64,000 bases of DNA from contig PCCS01000050.1 in the NCBI GenBank assembly GCA_002731825.1, positions 46,833-110,832 of the forward strand, in the 5' to 3' direction. How positions within the stretch are numbered: the first letter of the stretch is position 1; each line of letters starts with the position of its first letter. Below are positions 56,161 through 64,000 of the stretch, piece by piece. This stretch comes from Myxococcales bacterium (lineage in GTDB: Bacteria > Myxococcota_A > Bradymonadia > UBA7976 > UBA1532). The position numbers were made by a program, and so were the translations under genes. The notes under the pieces are model-generated. The model was not told where the DNA came from. It made no database searches and saw only the letters and a list, made by a program, of their open reading frames with translations.

Positions 56161-58421
56161 TGGCTGAGTTAACACCCGAACTTCAAATCGCCATTCGCAC
56201 GGCACTGGACGAAGCTCAACACAGACATCATGAGTTTGCTGGTACGGAGCATCTCTTACTCGCTCTCTTGTGCGACACCGTATCGGCACGCGCTGTTCGC
56301 CGCTGTGGCGGTCGTGTTGATACGCTGAAAAACGAGCTGGAGCAATTCCTTGCGGAGAGCATTCCAAGACTACCGGCTCACATGGATGTCGAAGCTGCAG
56401 CCTCTGTGGGCTTTCATGCCGCCATCCAACGCGCCGTAATCAACGCACAGACGTCCGAGCGAGACTTGGTCGGAGGACCTCACGTGCTGATCGCGATGTA
56501 CGCACTGGAAGACTGCCATGCGGTCTACCTGCTCAAGTCACAAGGCATTACGCGGATTGCGCTCATGGAATACGTGTCCCATGGAGGCGGTGATGGCGAT
56601 TATGAAGCCCAAGATTCATCTATTGGTGGGGGTATGTTTGCTGTCGACGGCGAAGAGAATTCCGACACCCTGGAGCCTGAGCAAGCCCTGGAAAAATTCA
56701 CCGTTAACTTAAACGAAGAAGCATCCGAAGGTCGGATCGATCCAATGATCGGCCGGGGCGATGAGTTGGAGCGGTGTATCCATGTTCTCAGTCGAAGGCG
56801 AAAGAATAACCCGATTTTTGTCGGTGAGGCTGGCGTCGGTAAAACGGCGATTGTGGAAGGTCTAGCCCGTTCGATTGATAATGGCTCGGTCCCTGATGCA
56901 CTTAAGGATGCCACCGTCTATTCCCTTGATGTCGGCGCCTTAATCGCGGGCACTCGATATCGTGGAGACTTTGAAAATCGAATGAAAGCAGTTGTCAGGC
57001 AGCTCGAATCTTTGCCCGACGCTGTCTTGTTTGTCGATGAGATTCACACGTTGATTGGAGCGGGTGCTGCCAGCGGGGGTGCCATGGATGCATCCAGCAT
57101 TCTCAAGCCGTTGCTGGCCCGAGGGAAGATCCGATGTGTGGGTGCAACGACCTGGCGCGAGTATCGCAATATTTTTGAACGAGACCAAGCGCTGGCACGG
57201 CGTTTCCAAAAAATAGAAGTCGGTGAACCATCGGTCGAGGAAACCGAGGCCATTCTCAAGGGGTTGAAGCCCGAGTATGAATCCTACCATGGCGTCAAAT
57301 TTGTCGATGACGCCCTCAGAGAGGCAGCGGTGCTTGCTGGTCGTTACTTAAACGACCGTTTCCTCCCCGACAAAGCCATCGATATCATCGATGAAGCTGC
57401 GGCCGCTGTGAAGCTGGATGACCGTAAGACTGTCACCGTCGAAGACGTCGAAAATACCATTGCGCGCATGGCCAGTATTCCCGCTAAATCTGTCGCCGGT
57501 GATGATCGGCAGCGACTCGCGGAGCTCGAGAGTTCGCTGGCCGGCTGTATTTATGGCCAGGACGAGGCGGTCAAACAGCTGGCATCCGCGGTCAAAATGG
57601 GTCGTTCAGGGCTCGCTCATCCCGACAAACCGATCGGGTCATTTTTATTCACCGGGCCCACCGGCGTCGGTAAGACCGAAGTCTGTCGACAATTGGCTCG
57701 GATTCTCAATCTTGAACTCATACGGTTCGACATGAGCGAGTACATGGAGCGTCATACGGTCAGTCGCCTGATCGGTGCGCCTCCAGGTTATGTCGGCTAC
57801 GATCAGGGCGGTCAACTCACTGATGCTGTCGCAAAGACGCCGCATGCGGTGCTCTTACTCGACGAGATCGAGAAGGCTCACCCCGATGTCTTCAATTTGC
57901 TTCTCCAAGTCATGGATCACGGCTCCCTGACCGATAACAATGGCAAGAAAACTGACTTCAGGAATGTCATTGTCATCATGACCAGTAATATCGGCGCTCG
58001 CGACCTACAGCGCAACCGGCCTGGCTTTTCTGCTGACGTCGATGAGTTAAAAGGAGATGACGATCCAGCCTATAAACGTCTCTTCAGTCCAGAGTTTAGA
58101 AATCGGCTCGATGCTCGAATTCGCTTCGAGCCCCTCAAATCCGACGTGATGCGTTTGATCGCGAAGAAGTTCATTGACGAATTGGCTGAGCAGCTTGCAG
58201 ATCGGCAGGTCACGTTAACCTGTAGCGATGCGGCGATAGAACAGCTCATGGTGTTGGGTTTTGATGCCAAAAATGGTGCGCGGCCAATGACGCGCGCGAT
58301 TCGAGATCATATCCGCCAACCCCTCGCAGACGAACTTCTCTTCGGACAGCTCGCTGATGGCGGAACTCTTGTGATCGACGTCAAAGACGGTGAATTTGTC
58401 TTTGAGTTTCCAGACAAATAA
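56160..58421 (+). CDS. clpA: ATP-dependent Clp protease ATP-binding subunit ClpA
   Basis: Clp N-domain, then two AAA+ modules (GEAGVGKTA, GPTGVGKTE). Start overlaps the clpS stop (TAATG). Confidence 0.9.
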   Translation: MAELTPELQIAIRTALDEAQHRHHEFAGTEHLLLALLCDTVSARAVRRCGGRVDTLKNELEQFLAESIPRLPAHMDVEAAASVGFHAAIQRAVINAQTSERDLVGGPHVLIAMYALEDCHAVYLLKSQGITRIALMEYVSHGGGDGDYEAQDSSIGGGMFAVDGEENSDTLEPEQALEKFTVNLNEEASEGRIDPMIGRGDELERCIHVLSRRRKNNPIFVGEAGVGKTAIVEGLARSIDNGSVPDALKDATVYSLDVGALIAGTRYRGDFENRMKAVVRQLESLPDAVLFVDEIHTLIGAGAASGGAMDASSILKPLLARGKIRCVGATTWREYRNIFERDQALARRFQKIEVGEPSVEETEAILKGLKPEYESYHGVKFVDDALREAAVLAGRYLNDRFLPDKAIDIIDEAAAAVKLDDRKTVTVEDVENTIARMASIPAKSVAGDDRQRLAELESSLAGCIYGQDEAVKQLASAVKMGRSGLAHPDKPIGSFLFTGPTGVGKTEVCRQLARILNLELIRFDMSEYMERHTVSRLIGAPPGYVGYDQGGQLTDAVAKTPHAVLLLDEIEKAHPDVFNLLLQVMDHGSLTDNNGKKTDFRNVIVIMTSNIGARDLQRNRPGFSADVDELKGDDDPAYKRLFSPEFRNRLDARIRFEPLKSDVMRLIAKKFIDELAEQLADRQVTLTCSDAAIEQLMVLGFDAKNGARPMTRAIRDHIRQPLADELLFGQLADGGTLVIDVKDGEFVFEFPDK

Positions 58422-58449
58422 ACGGCGTCTTGACTGTAGAATTGCGGGG

Positions 58450-59190
58450 CTAGCCTGGCGCCTGAGACTCTTGGGTTAGTTGAAGAAAGACTTCTTCCAG
58501 GCGCTGACCTTGTGTGCCGGTTTCGTGGCGCAGTTCATCGGTCGTTCCACTGGCAACGAGTTGTCCATGATTGATGACAGCCACTCGGTCGCAAACTTCA
58601 TCGGCCACGTCGAGGGTATGGGTACTCAGCAAGACCGTCATGCCATTTTCATGAGCCTGGGTCTGTAAGACGTCTTTGAGCAGTCTTGCCCCTTGCGGGT
58701 CCAGGCCAACCATTGGTTCGTCGACAACCATGAGCCGAGGTTCATGAAGCAGTACCGATGCCATCACAAGCCGTTGCTTCATTCCATGGCTAAAACTCTC
58801 AACCAGTTTGTGGCTGACATGTCCCAGACCGAACAGTTCGATCAACTCCTTGGCCTTTCGTTTTCCGTGACCTGAATCGATCCCGTAGAGACCAGCAATG
58901 AAGTACATGTATTCTTGAGCTGTGAGTTTCTCATAGAGATGGGGTCGGTCAGGGACATAGCCGATTCGCTTTTTTACATCAATTGGCGATTTAACAACGT
59001 CGAAACCATCCACTGTAATGGCTCCCTCCGTTGGCCGAATCAAACCACAGATCATTTTCATCGTTGTTGTTTTACCGGCCCCATTGGGTCCGAGGAAACC
59101 AAAAATAGTGCCTTCGTCGACGTCTAGATTGAGCTCGCGAACAGCGATGAAATCACCATATCGTCGACTGACATTACGTATACTCAGCAT
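58450..59190 (-). CDS. ABC transporter ATP-binding protein (ABC-2 type)
   Basis: GPNGAGKTT, FSHGMKQRL, LMVVDEP. No permease gene follows it. Confidence 0.8.
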   Translation of the reverse strand: MLSIRNVSRRYGDFIAVRELNLDVDEGTIFGFLGPNGAGKTTTMKMICGLIRPTEGAITVDGFDVVKSPIDVKKRIGYVPDRPHLYEKLTAQEYMYFIAGLYGIDSGHGKRKAKELIELFGLGHVSHKLVESFSHGMKQRLVMASVLLHEPRLMVVDEPMVGLDPQGARLLKDVLQTQAHENGMTVLLSTHTLDVADEVCDRVAVINHGQLVASGTTDELRHETGTQGQRLEEVFLQLTQESQAPG

Positions 59191-60371
59191 GGCAAAACTT
59201 TCCCAATGGCGTCTGATAGCACTATGTAATCATCTGAATCATTGTGTAAAGCCGCAGAGATTCTAAGAAGACGATCAGACGGCCCAGGCCACGGGATGAC
59301 AGGGACCTCAATGCCAAATTGGTCTAGCAGTATTTGCTGATATTCAGTTCCGAAAAGCGGTGATATAGGTCGATTAGAACTGGGGAGCTTTACTGCGGCT
59401 AAATGGCCGATCATTGCGTCCGGAACAGGTTTATCTCGCTCCAGAGCCATGGACAATCGGTGTTGGGCCTCTAAAGCCAGCGTACGGTTTCTCTGCCTAA
59501 TCACATCCCAGCCGCCGTCGACCATTTTGTCCAAAACATCAATTGCTTTCGGGACGGATAGCCAGGCTGTTGGATCCTGCGTACCAACCCAATCGAACTC
59601 AAGATGGTGCCAAGGACGATCCAACTCATTCGCGTCAAGTCCAAAGCCATGACTGATTACGGCTGGGCGAGTTTTTGATTGAACGTCCTCTCGCATCCAC
59701 ATAAACGCGGCGCCTTTTGGCGCACAGACCCATTTATGTAAGTTGCCAACATACCAAGAGGCAGATAGATCGGGCATTGATAGGTCGAGCATGCCCGGCC
59801 CGTGGGCCCCATCGATCAACACTCGGACACCCGACCGTTCCAACTTTTCAGCCATTTTTTTGACGGGTAATACAAGACCTGTCGGGCTGGTTACATGGTC
59901 GATGATAGCCAAACGCGTTTTTGGACTTACAGACGTCCAAATCGCTTCAATGACGTGCTCTGAGTTGATTCCTTCAAAGCCAAATTCGGCGACCACGACT
60001 CGAGCCCCTGTTTTTTGTGCCACGAAATCGACGATGTTTTTGCAGGCATTGTAACCGTGATTGGTCACCAGTATTTCATCGCCCGGAGTAAAACCGAAAC
60101 TTCTGATGATGGAATTGACGCCTTCAGTCGTATTCCGAATGAACACTAAATCCTGTGCGCGCGCTTTGACAAACTGGGCAAGGGTTTTACGAGCGTCGTC
60201 TATATGACCGTAAATATCGCGCATGAAGAATTGGACGGGTTGTTCTTCGATTGTTTGTCTGAGCTCTTGTTGATAGGCCAGTACCTCTTTTGGACATGCG
60301 CCGTATGAACCATGATTTAAAAATGTGACTTTAGGGTTCAGAGTCCAGTGGCGCGCGTAGCGAGATGGCAT
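59184..60371 (-). CDS. Aminotransferase class V-fold PLP-dependent enzyme
   Basis: 395 aa. ...NHGSYGACP..., ...GNLHKWVCAPKGAAFMW... (PLP-lysine context) is typical of the epimerase/desulfurase-like class V fold. 7-nt overlap with the ABC ATPase gene. Confidence 0.7.
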   Translation of the reverse strand: MPSRYARHWTLNPKVTFLNHGSYGACPKEVLAYQQELRQTIEEQPVQFFMRDIYGHIDDARKTLAQFVKARAQDLVFIRNTTEGVNSIIRSFGFTPGDEILVTNHGYNACKNIVDFVAQKTGARVVVAEFGFEGINSEHVIEAIWTSVSPKTRLAIIDHVTSPTGLVLPVKKMAEKLERSGVRVLIDGAHGPGMLDLSMPDLSASWYVGNLHKWVCAPKGAAFMWMREDVQSKTRPAVISHGFGLDANELDRPWHHLEFDWVGTQDPTAWLSVPKAIDVLDKMVDGGWDVIRQRNRTLALEAQHRLSMALERDKPVPDAMIGHLAAVKLPSSNRPISPLFGTEYQQILLDQFGIEVPVIPWPGPSDRLLRISAALHNDSDDYIVLSDAIGKVLPC

Positions 60372-60629
60372 ATGGTTCAGCTTTCAGCGGTGAAAAAAGA
60401 TTTAGGTCGCCAGGATTCTATTTCTCATCCTCATCAAGGTTGTTGGCCTGAAGCAAGAGTAATTTCAATTTGTTCATTATGCAGCCATTGTTTGGATCGA
60501 TGACATGAAGGACAGGACGAGTCTAGACTTAGACTAGGATACGAAAGGGCCTTTTCATTGAATTGACTGCTCTATGAAGACCATTGGTCTCTGGAGTGAT
60601 GGCCCCGGTGGTCACATCAAATCATGGCG

Positions 60630-61388
60630 TTACGTCAATTGATAAAGACCATACCCAATGCCTAGACATGCAATGGTCAATATAAAATGACTGGCGCGAT
60701 CCCGCCGAAAGATATCAAAATCACCGATGACCGCACCGCTGACCAGTCCGGCCACATGTGCAACAGCATCCCCCTTACTGAGCAGCGACACGCAGATTGC
60801 AACCACGCTCACCAAAAGGAGCCGGCCATTCGAGAGCGCGCGTCGATGGGACGCGATGATGGCCCCTAAAAGACCAAACATAGCGCCGGATGCGCCCAGA
60901 AACCATCCAGGTTGGGTCAGCACGCCAACGACTGTCGCAAACCATCCAGATATGAAAAAGAGACTGACTGTAGAGCGCATCGAACGGTTTAGGCTGCATC
61001 CAATACTCAGTAGCCCACAAAACAGCAGATTGGTTGCTAAATGAACAGCATGGAGGTGAAGGAGTGGCGCGGAGATAATTCGCCACGGCTCAGCAGTTAG
61101 ATACTCTCGACTCAAAGCACCGCCAGCAATCGCTCTGTTTAAGATGTTCTGATCACCCGTGATGCCAAAGATACCCCACCAACCGACCAACAACATGGCG
61201 ATGACGAGACTGGCACCTGATAGTCGTATGATGTCTATTGGTTTCAAATCTGCCACCGTCACTCTAGGAAGACCTTGAACTCTCAGCATAAAACTATCGA
61301 CCTTCGGACGGGAATGGAATACTCGACGTGTAAACAGGGAAAAGGCATGCTCAGCGCATGGACGATAGCAGCAATAAATCAGATTCAA
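60630..61388 (-). CDS. Rhomboid family intramembrane serine protease
   Basis: HLHAVHLATNLLF and the catalytic GASGAMFGLLGA motif; 6-7 TM. The true start may be MLRVQG (about 61289). Confidence 0.8.
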   Translation of the reverse strand: MNLIYCCYRPCAEHAFSLFTRRVFHSRPKVDSFMLRVQGLPRVTVADLKPIDIIRLSGASLVIAMLLVGWWGIFGITGDQNILNRAIAGGALSREYLTAEPWRIISAPLLHLHAVHLATNLLFCGLLSIGCSLNRSMRSTVSLFFISGWFATVVGVLTQPGWFLGASGAMFGLLGAIIASHRRALSNGRLLLVSVVAICVSLLSKGDAVAHVAGLVSGAVIGDFDIFRRDRASHFILTIACLGIGYGLYQLT

Positions 61389-61987
61389 AGCTGACTGAAC
61401 TGACCCAGAGAGGCTTTAAATCTATCTTGACGGTGGGTCCTCGGGGTATTCGGGGCCTCTTTGGATGGACATTTTTTGATCCAGCTAATTTGGTCACCAT
61501 CACCTTCATGGGAACGGCAGCGCTCCTTGCCATCTTATCCATGCGCGAACGCGGTGCTGCCGACTGGTATATGCCCTTTGGCCTCTACGTTGCTTTGGCT
61601 GCCTTTTTGAGGGGGTATTTCTTCAGTTATTATCATGGGTCATCTATTTCCCGCGTGACCACCTTATTGGTTTTCATCTTAGGAACCCTGGCGACGGCTG
61701 CACTTTGGGAAGAACGTGTGTCGGCTCGAGAAGTCCTCCGCGCAGGCGGCGTATTTACGGTGTCAGAAGCGCCTGGGTTTCATTTTGCTGCACTCTTACA
61801 CATCGCAGCATCCAGTGCGGTGTTCATTCATTTTCTGTTACCGCGTCACTGGTTGATCAAAATGACCGACCAAGTGGTTGAGACCACAGGCCTCGATCGA
61901 TCGCTGGAAAAAGAGTCCGCCAAAATTCTTGAAACGCGATCACCGAAAGCCGTGCGACCTGACACGCAAGATGACGCTCAATCTTGA
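61358..61987 (+). CDS. Hypothetical 4-TM membrane protein
   Basis: 209 aa with four clear hydrophobic helices. No motif recognised. Confidence 0.5.
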   Translation: MDDSSNKSDSKLTELTQRGFKSILTVGPRGIRGLFGWTFFDPANLVTITFMGTAALLAILSMRERGAADWYMPFGLYVALAAFLRGYFFSYYHGSSISRVTTLLVFILGTLATAALWEERVSAREVLRAGGVFTVSEAPGFHFAALLHIAASSAVFIHFLLPRHWLIKMTDQVVETTGLDRSLEKESAKILETRSPKAVRPDTQDDAQS

Positions 61988-61988
61988 C

Positions 61989-64000
61989 TCAAAAACCCCT
62001 GCATTGTAGTTCCACAGCGCCCACTTCAAATTCGGTACCGGCTTCGTTTACACGCACAATTTGAACCAAGGGTCTCATATAATCGCTCTTCATTGATCTC
62101 CAGGCTACAACGTCACCCATCTCGACATGGATTGGTTCCGTTGCCCATAAATTAAATGCACCCGAATCGCCCGCTGTGTCGATGGCCCAAAATCCTCGCG
62201 CGGGCGCTTCCGATTCTGCGTCGATGATGGGCGCGCTTGTAAATAGCTGGTGAGACAACCCGGATAATGATGTGCCATCGACTTGTTCTGAGGTCAGAAT
62301 GTTACGCCATGCTAAAATGCGTTCTCCCTCGTTATCGCGCTCACTGAACAAGGCCTGAATTCTGCCGTTGTCTGAGCGAAGTGAAGGGCCACCCAATTGA
62401 GCACTTAGATAGAGTGGGTCTGTCAGGTCATCATCTTCAGCGAAATTTAAGATATCGGGATATTCGATGCTGAGCGGTGCGGCCAGAGACCCGGCTACAA
62501 AATCGTATAGTCTCAGTCTCATGTTGCCGAGGCTTGAACGAAATCCTACGAGAACATCAAATGCCGTGTCGTGTCGTTCGGCCACGAGCCTTCGTCGAAT
62601 CGTCGCCCATTCAATGGGTTGAATCCGACCAAGGGCGGCGCTAGTAAAAAGCCACTCCAGATTCTCTTGCTGATTGGGACCAAACAGTCTCAAAATCCTG
62701 TCCCGACAGACGATGACAACGGATTCACCATCTTGTAAGCGCAGCGCATCAACGGCCAATATGTCGTCACAGGCTTCCGGCAAAAGCGTAGGCGCTGCAT
62801 CTGTACCCTGCAAATCTCTTTGTCTATGTATCCAGTGTACGCCCCAACGTCCCGGTTGACCGTTTATATCCAGATGTCTTGCGATCAAAACCCGAGCGCC
62901 ACCGACACCATTGAAGTAGCGTCCTTCGCCAGCACGTCGATTAAATGGACTGGACCCGTCATTGGGAAATGTTAAACAGGACGAATCGATTTGGTTGCAG
63001 TCACCCACGGCTTCAATGTCTAAATCGATGGCCGTTCGGGTGGGTGATAAAGGGTTATCGTATTCGTATCGGGCCCTGATTGCGGCCCACCTCGACCGGT
63101 CTTCGGCATCGCGATACCGATAGGCGATCAAGTAGGCATCACGCCATTCATTATCGCCGATCAAAAACTGTTCGACTGGACCTAAGGTTTGGAATCGTCT
63201 TCTCAAAATCCTGGTCTCGTCAGCTGTACTACAGCAGAGGCCATCATCGATTAAGCCGTCACAGTCTTGATCCTGGCGATCGCAGGATTCTGGCTTAGGC
63301 GAACAGGCAATATCCTCATCAAAAATCGTGGCTGTGGAGCGGAGCTGTCGCTCGATGATCGGGACATATTCAATGATCGGTGTGGGTGTTTGTGTAAACC
63401 GTACGACAAGAGCGTGCCGCGTCTGGGCTGCGTCACTGCACACCGCATTTTCTCCGCAATCAGTGTCGCTGGTACAGGCCATTTCACCATCCTCGCATAG
63501 CCCATCACGACGTCGATCTGGTAAATCTGCAAAGCCGACGGCTCGAGCATCTGCCCAAGGCCAGCCGCCATCCCATGTAACCATGGATTCCCAAAGGCTT
63601 TGGGTGCCAACGAAATAGAGCTGCATATCACCCTGACGCGGCTGAGGTGAGGTCATCGTTCTGCGCCCGATGAGTGGTTTTTGCCCACGGTAGACTTGAG
63701 ATGAGATCAACTCCGTAATGTCAAACTTGCCGACTCTTAGGATCCCGTCGCGATCGTACAGAGATCGAAGACTGATAAACTGCTCAGCACCCAATTGTTC
63801 CAGGTGCCACAGGAGTGCTTGGCCTCCGTCCGAAATGAGCTCTCCCCGTTCGGTTCGACAGGGCAAATTACCCTGTGCTTGCCAAGTGCTTGAGTTGATA
63901 AAGACACATTGTCCGGAATCTCCAAATCGAAGCAACACGCCGCCCGTCGTTGTGGCGACGCTATCAGGCTTCGGTAATCCAGACCGGTCCACAATGGTTG
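61989..64000 (-). CDS. Large hypothetical protein with Cys-rich C-x-x-D-x-D-C-D-G motif; probably 5'-truncated by the window edge
   Basis: The frame stays open to nt 64000, and the 667-aa track ORF has no signal peptide at its GTG start. It contains CEDGEMACTSDTDCGENAVC and CDRQDQDCDGLIDDGLCC (63231-63284). Confidence 0.6.
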   Translation of the reverse strand, partial: TIVDRSGLPKPDSVATTTGGVLLRFGDSGQCVFINSSTWQAQGNLPCRTERGELISDGGQALLWHLEQLGAEQFISLRSLYDRDGILRVGKFDITELISSQVYRGQKPLIGRRTMTSPQPRQGDMQLYFVGTQSLWESMVTWDGGWPWADARAVGFADLPDRRRDGLCEDGEMACTSDTDCGENAVCSDAAQTRHALVVRFTQTPTPIIEYVPIIERQLRSTATIFDEDIACSPKPESCDRQDQDCDGLIDDGLCCSTADETRILRRRFQTLGPVEQFLIGDNEWRDAYLIAYRYRDAEDRSRWAAIRARYEYDNPLSPTRTAIDLDIEAVGDCNQIDSSCLTFPNDGSSPFNRRAGEGRYFNGVGGARVLIARHLDINGQPGRWGVHWIHRQRDLQGTDAAPTLLPEACDDILAVDALRLQDGESVVIVCRDRILRLFGPNQQENLEWLFTSAALGRIQPIEWATIRRRLVAERHDTAFDVLVGFRSSLGNMRLRLYDFVAGSLAAPLSIEYPDILNFAEDDDLTDPLYLSAQLGGPSLRSDNGRIQALFSERDNEGERILAWRNILTSEQVDGTSLSGLSHQLFTSAPIIDAESEAPARGFWAIDTAGDSGAFNLWATEPIHVEMGDVVAWRSMKSDYMRPLVQIVRVNEAGTEFEVGAVELQCRGF

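Noticed and set aside
1-64000. Searched by eye for CRISPR arrays, tRNA/rRNA/tmRNA/RNase P/SRP RNA hallmarks, integrases, transposases, phage structural genes, toxin-antitoxin pairs and restriction-modification or other defence genes.
   Set aside because: None found. There are no regularly spaced direct repeats, no T-loop GGTTCGAATCC-type contexts in intergenic DNA, and no ORF with recombinase, nuclease or methylase motifs. The window looks like core chromosome, not a mobile or defence island.

Overview
This 64-kb window is about 50% GC and densely coding. I call about 45 protein genes and one extra micro-ORF. I found no rRNA, tRNA, CRISPR array, integrase, transposase or prophage signature. 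All calls come from reading the supplied translations, plus my own translation of stretches missing from the ORF track. No homology search was possible, so family names rest on recognisable motifs.

Housekeeping genes are gltX, class II nrdJ, glyQS, dapA-dapB, add, msrB, rseP, clpS-clpA, a TrmH-family methyltransferase and hsp20. They are interleaved with many cell-envelope genes.

Notable blocks:
1. nt 1-12.9 kb: one co-directional minus-strand array. It runs beta-helix lipoprotein, then a TonB2/Ttp-type motor operon (DUF3450, large ExbB-like, ExbB, ExbD, TonB, TPR), then an Oar-like TonB-dependent transporter, then a DUF58 / transglutaminase pair.
2. nt 24.9-26.8 kb: a PilT-type ATPase fused to a cyclic-nucleotide-binding domain.
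3. nt 29.8-44.5 kb: a 1238-aa PAP2-like / MFS / spermidine-synthase-like fusion, a 78-aa protein that copies the N-terminal signature of GyrA, a membrane-anchored octaheme cytochrome c, and a tamB to giant Omp85 to Cys-repeat-protein block.

Cys-rich lipoproteins, a C-x-x-D-x-D-C-D-G motif protein, the Oar-like transporter and a PilT paralogue suggest a Myxococcota/Bdellovibrionota-type (deltaproteobacterial-like) organism. That placement is inference only.

The ORF track uses ATG/GTG/TTG as M and the longest possible start. Several starts below are therefore moved to a downstream start with a better Shine-Dalgarno or N-terminus, and they remain approximate.
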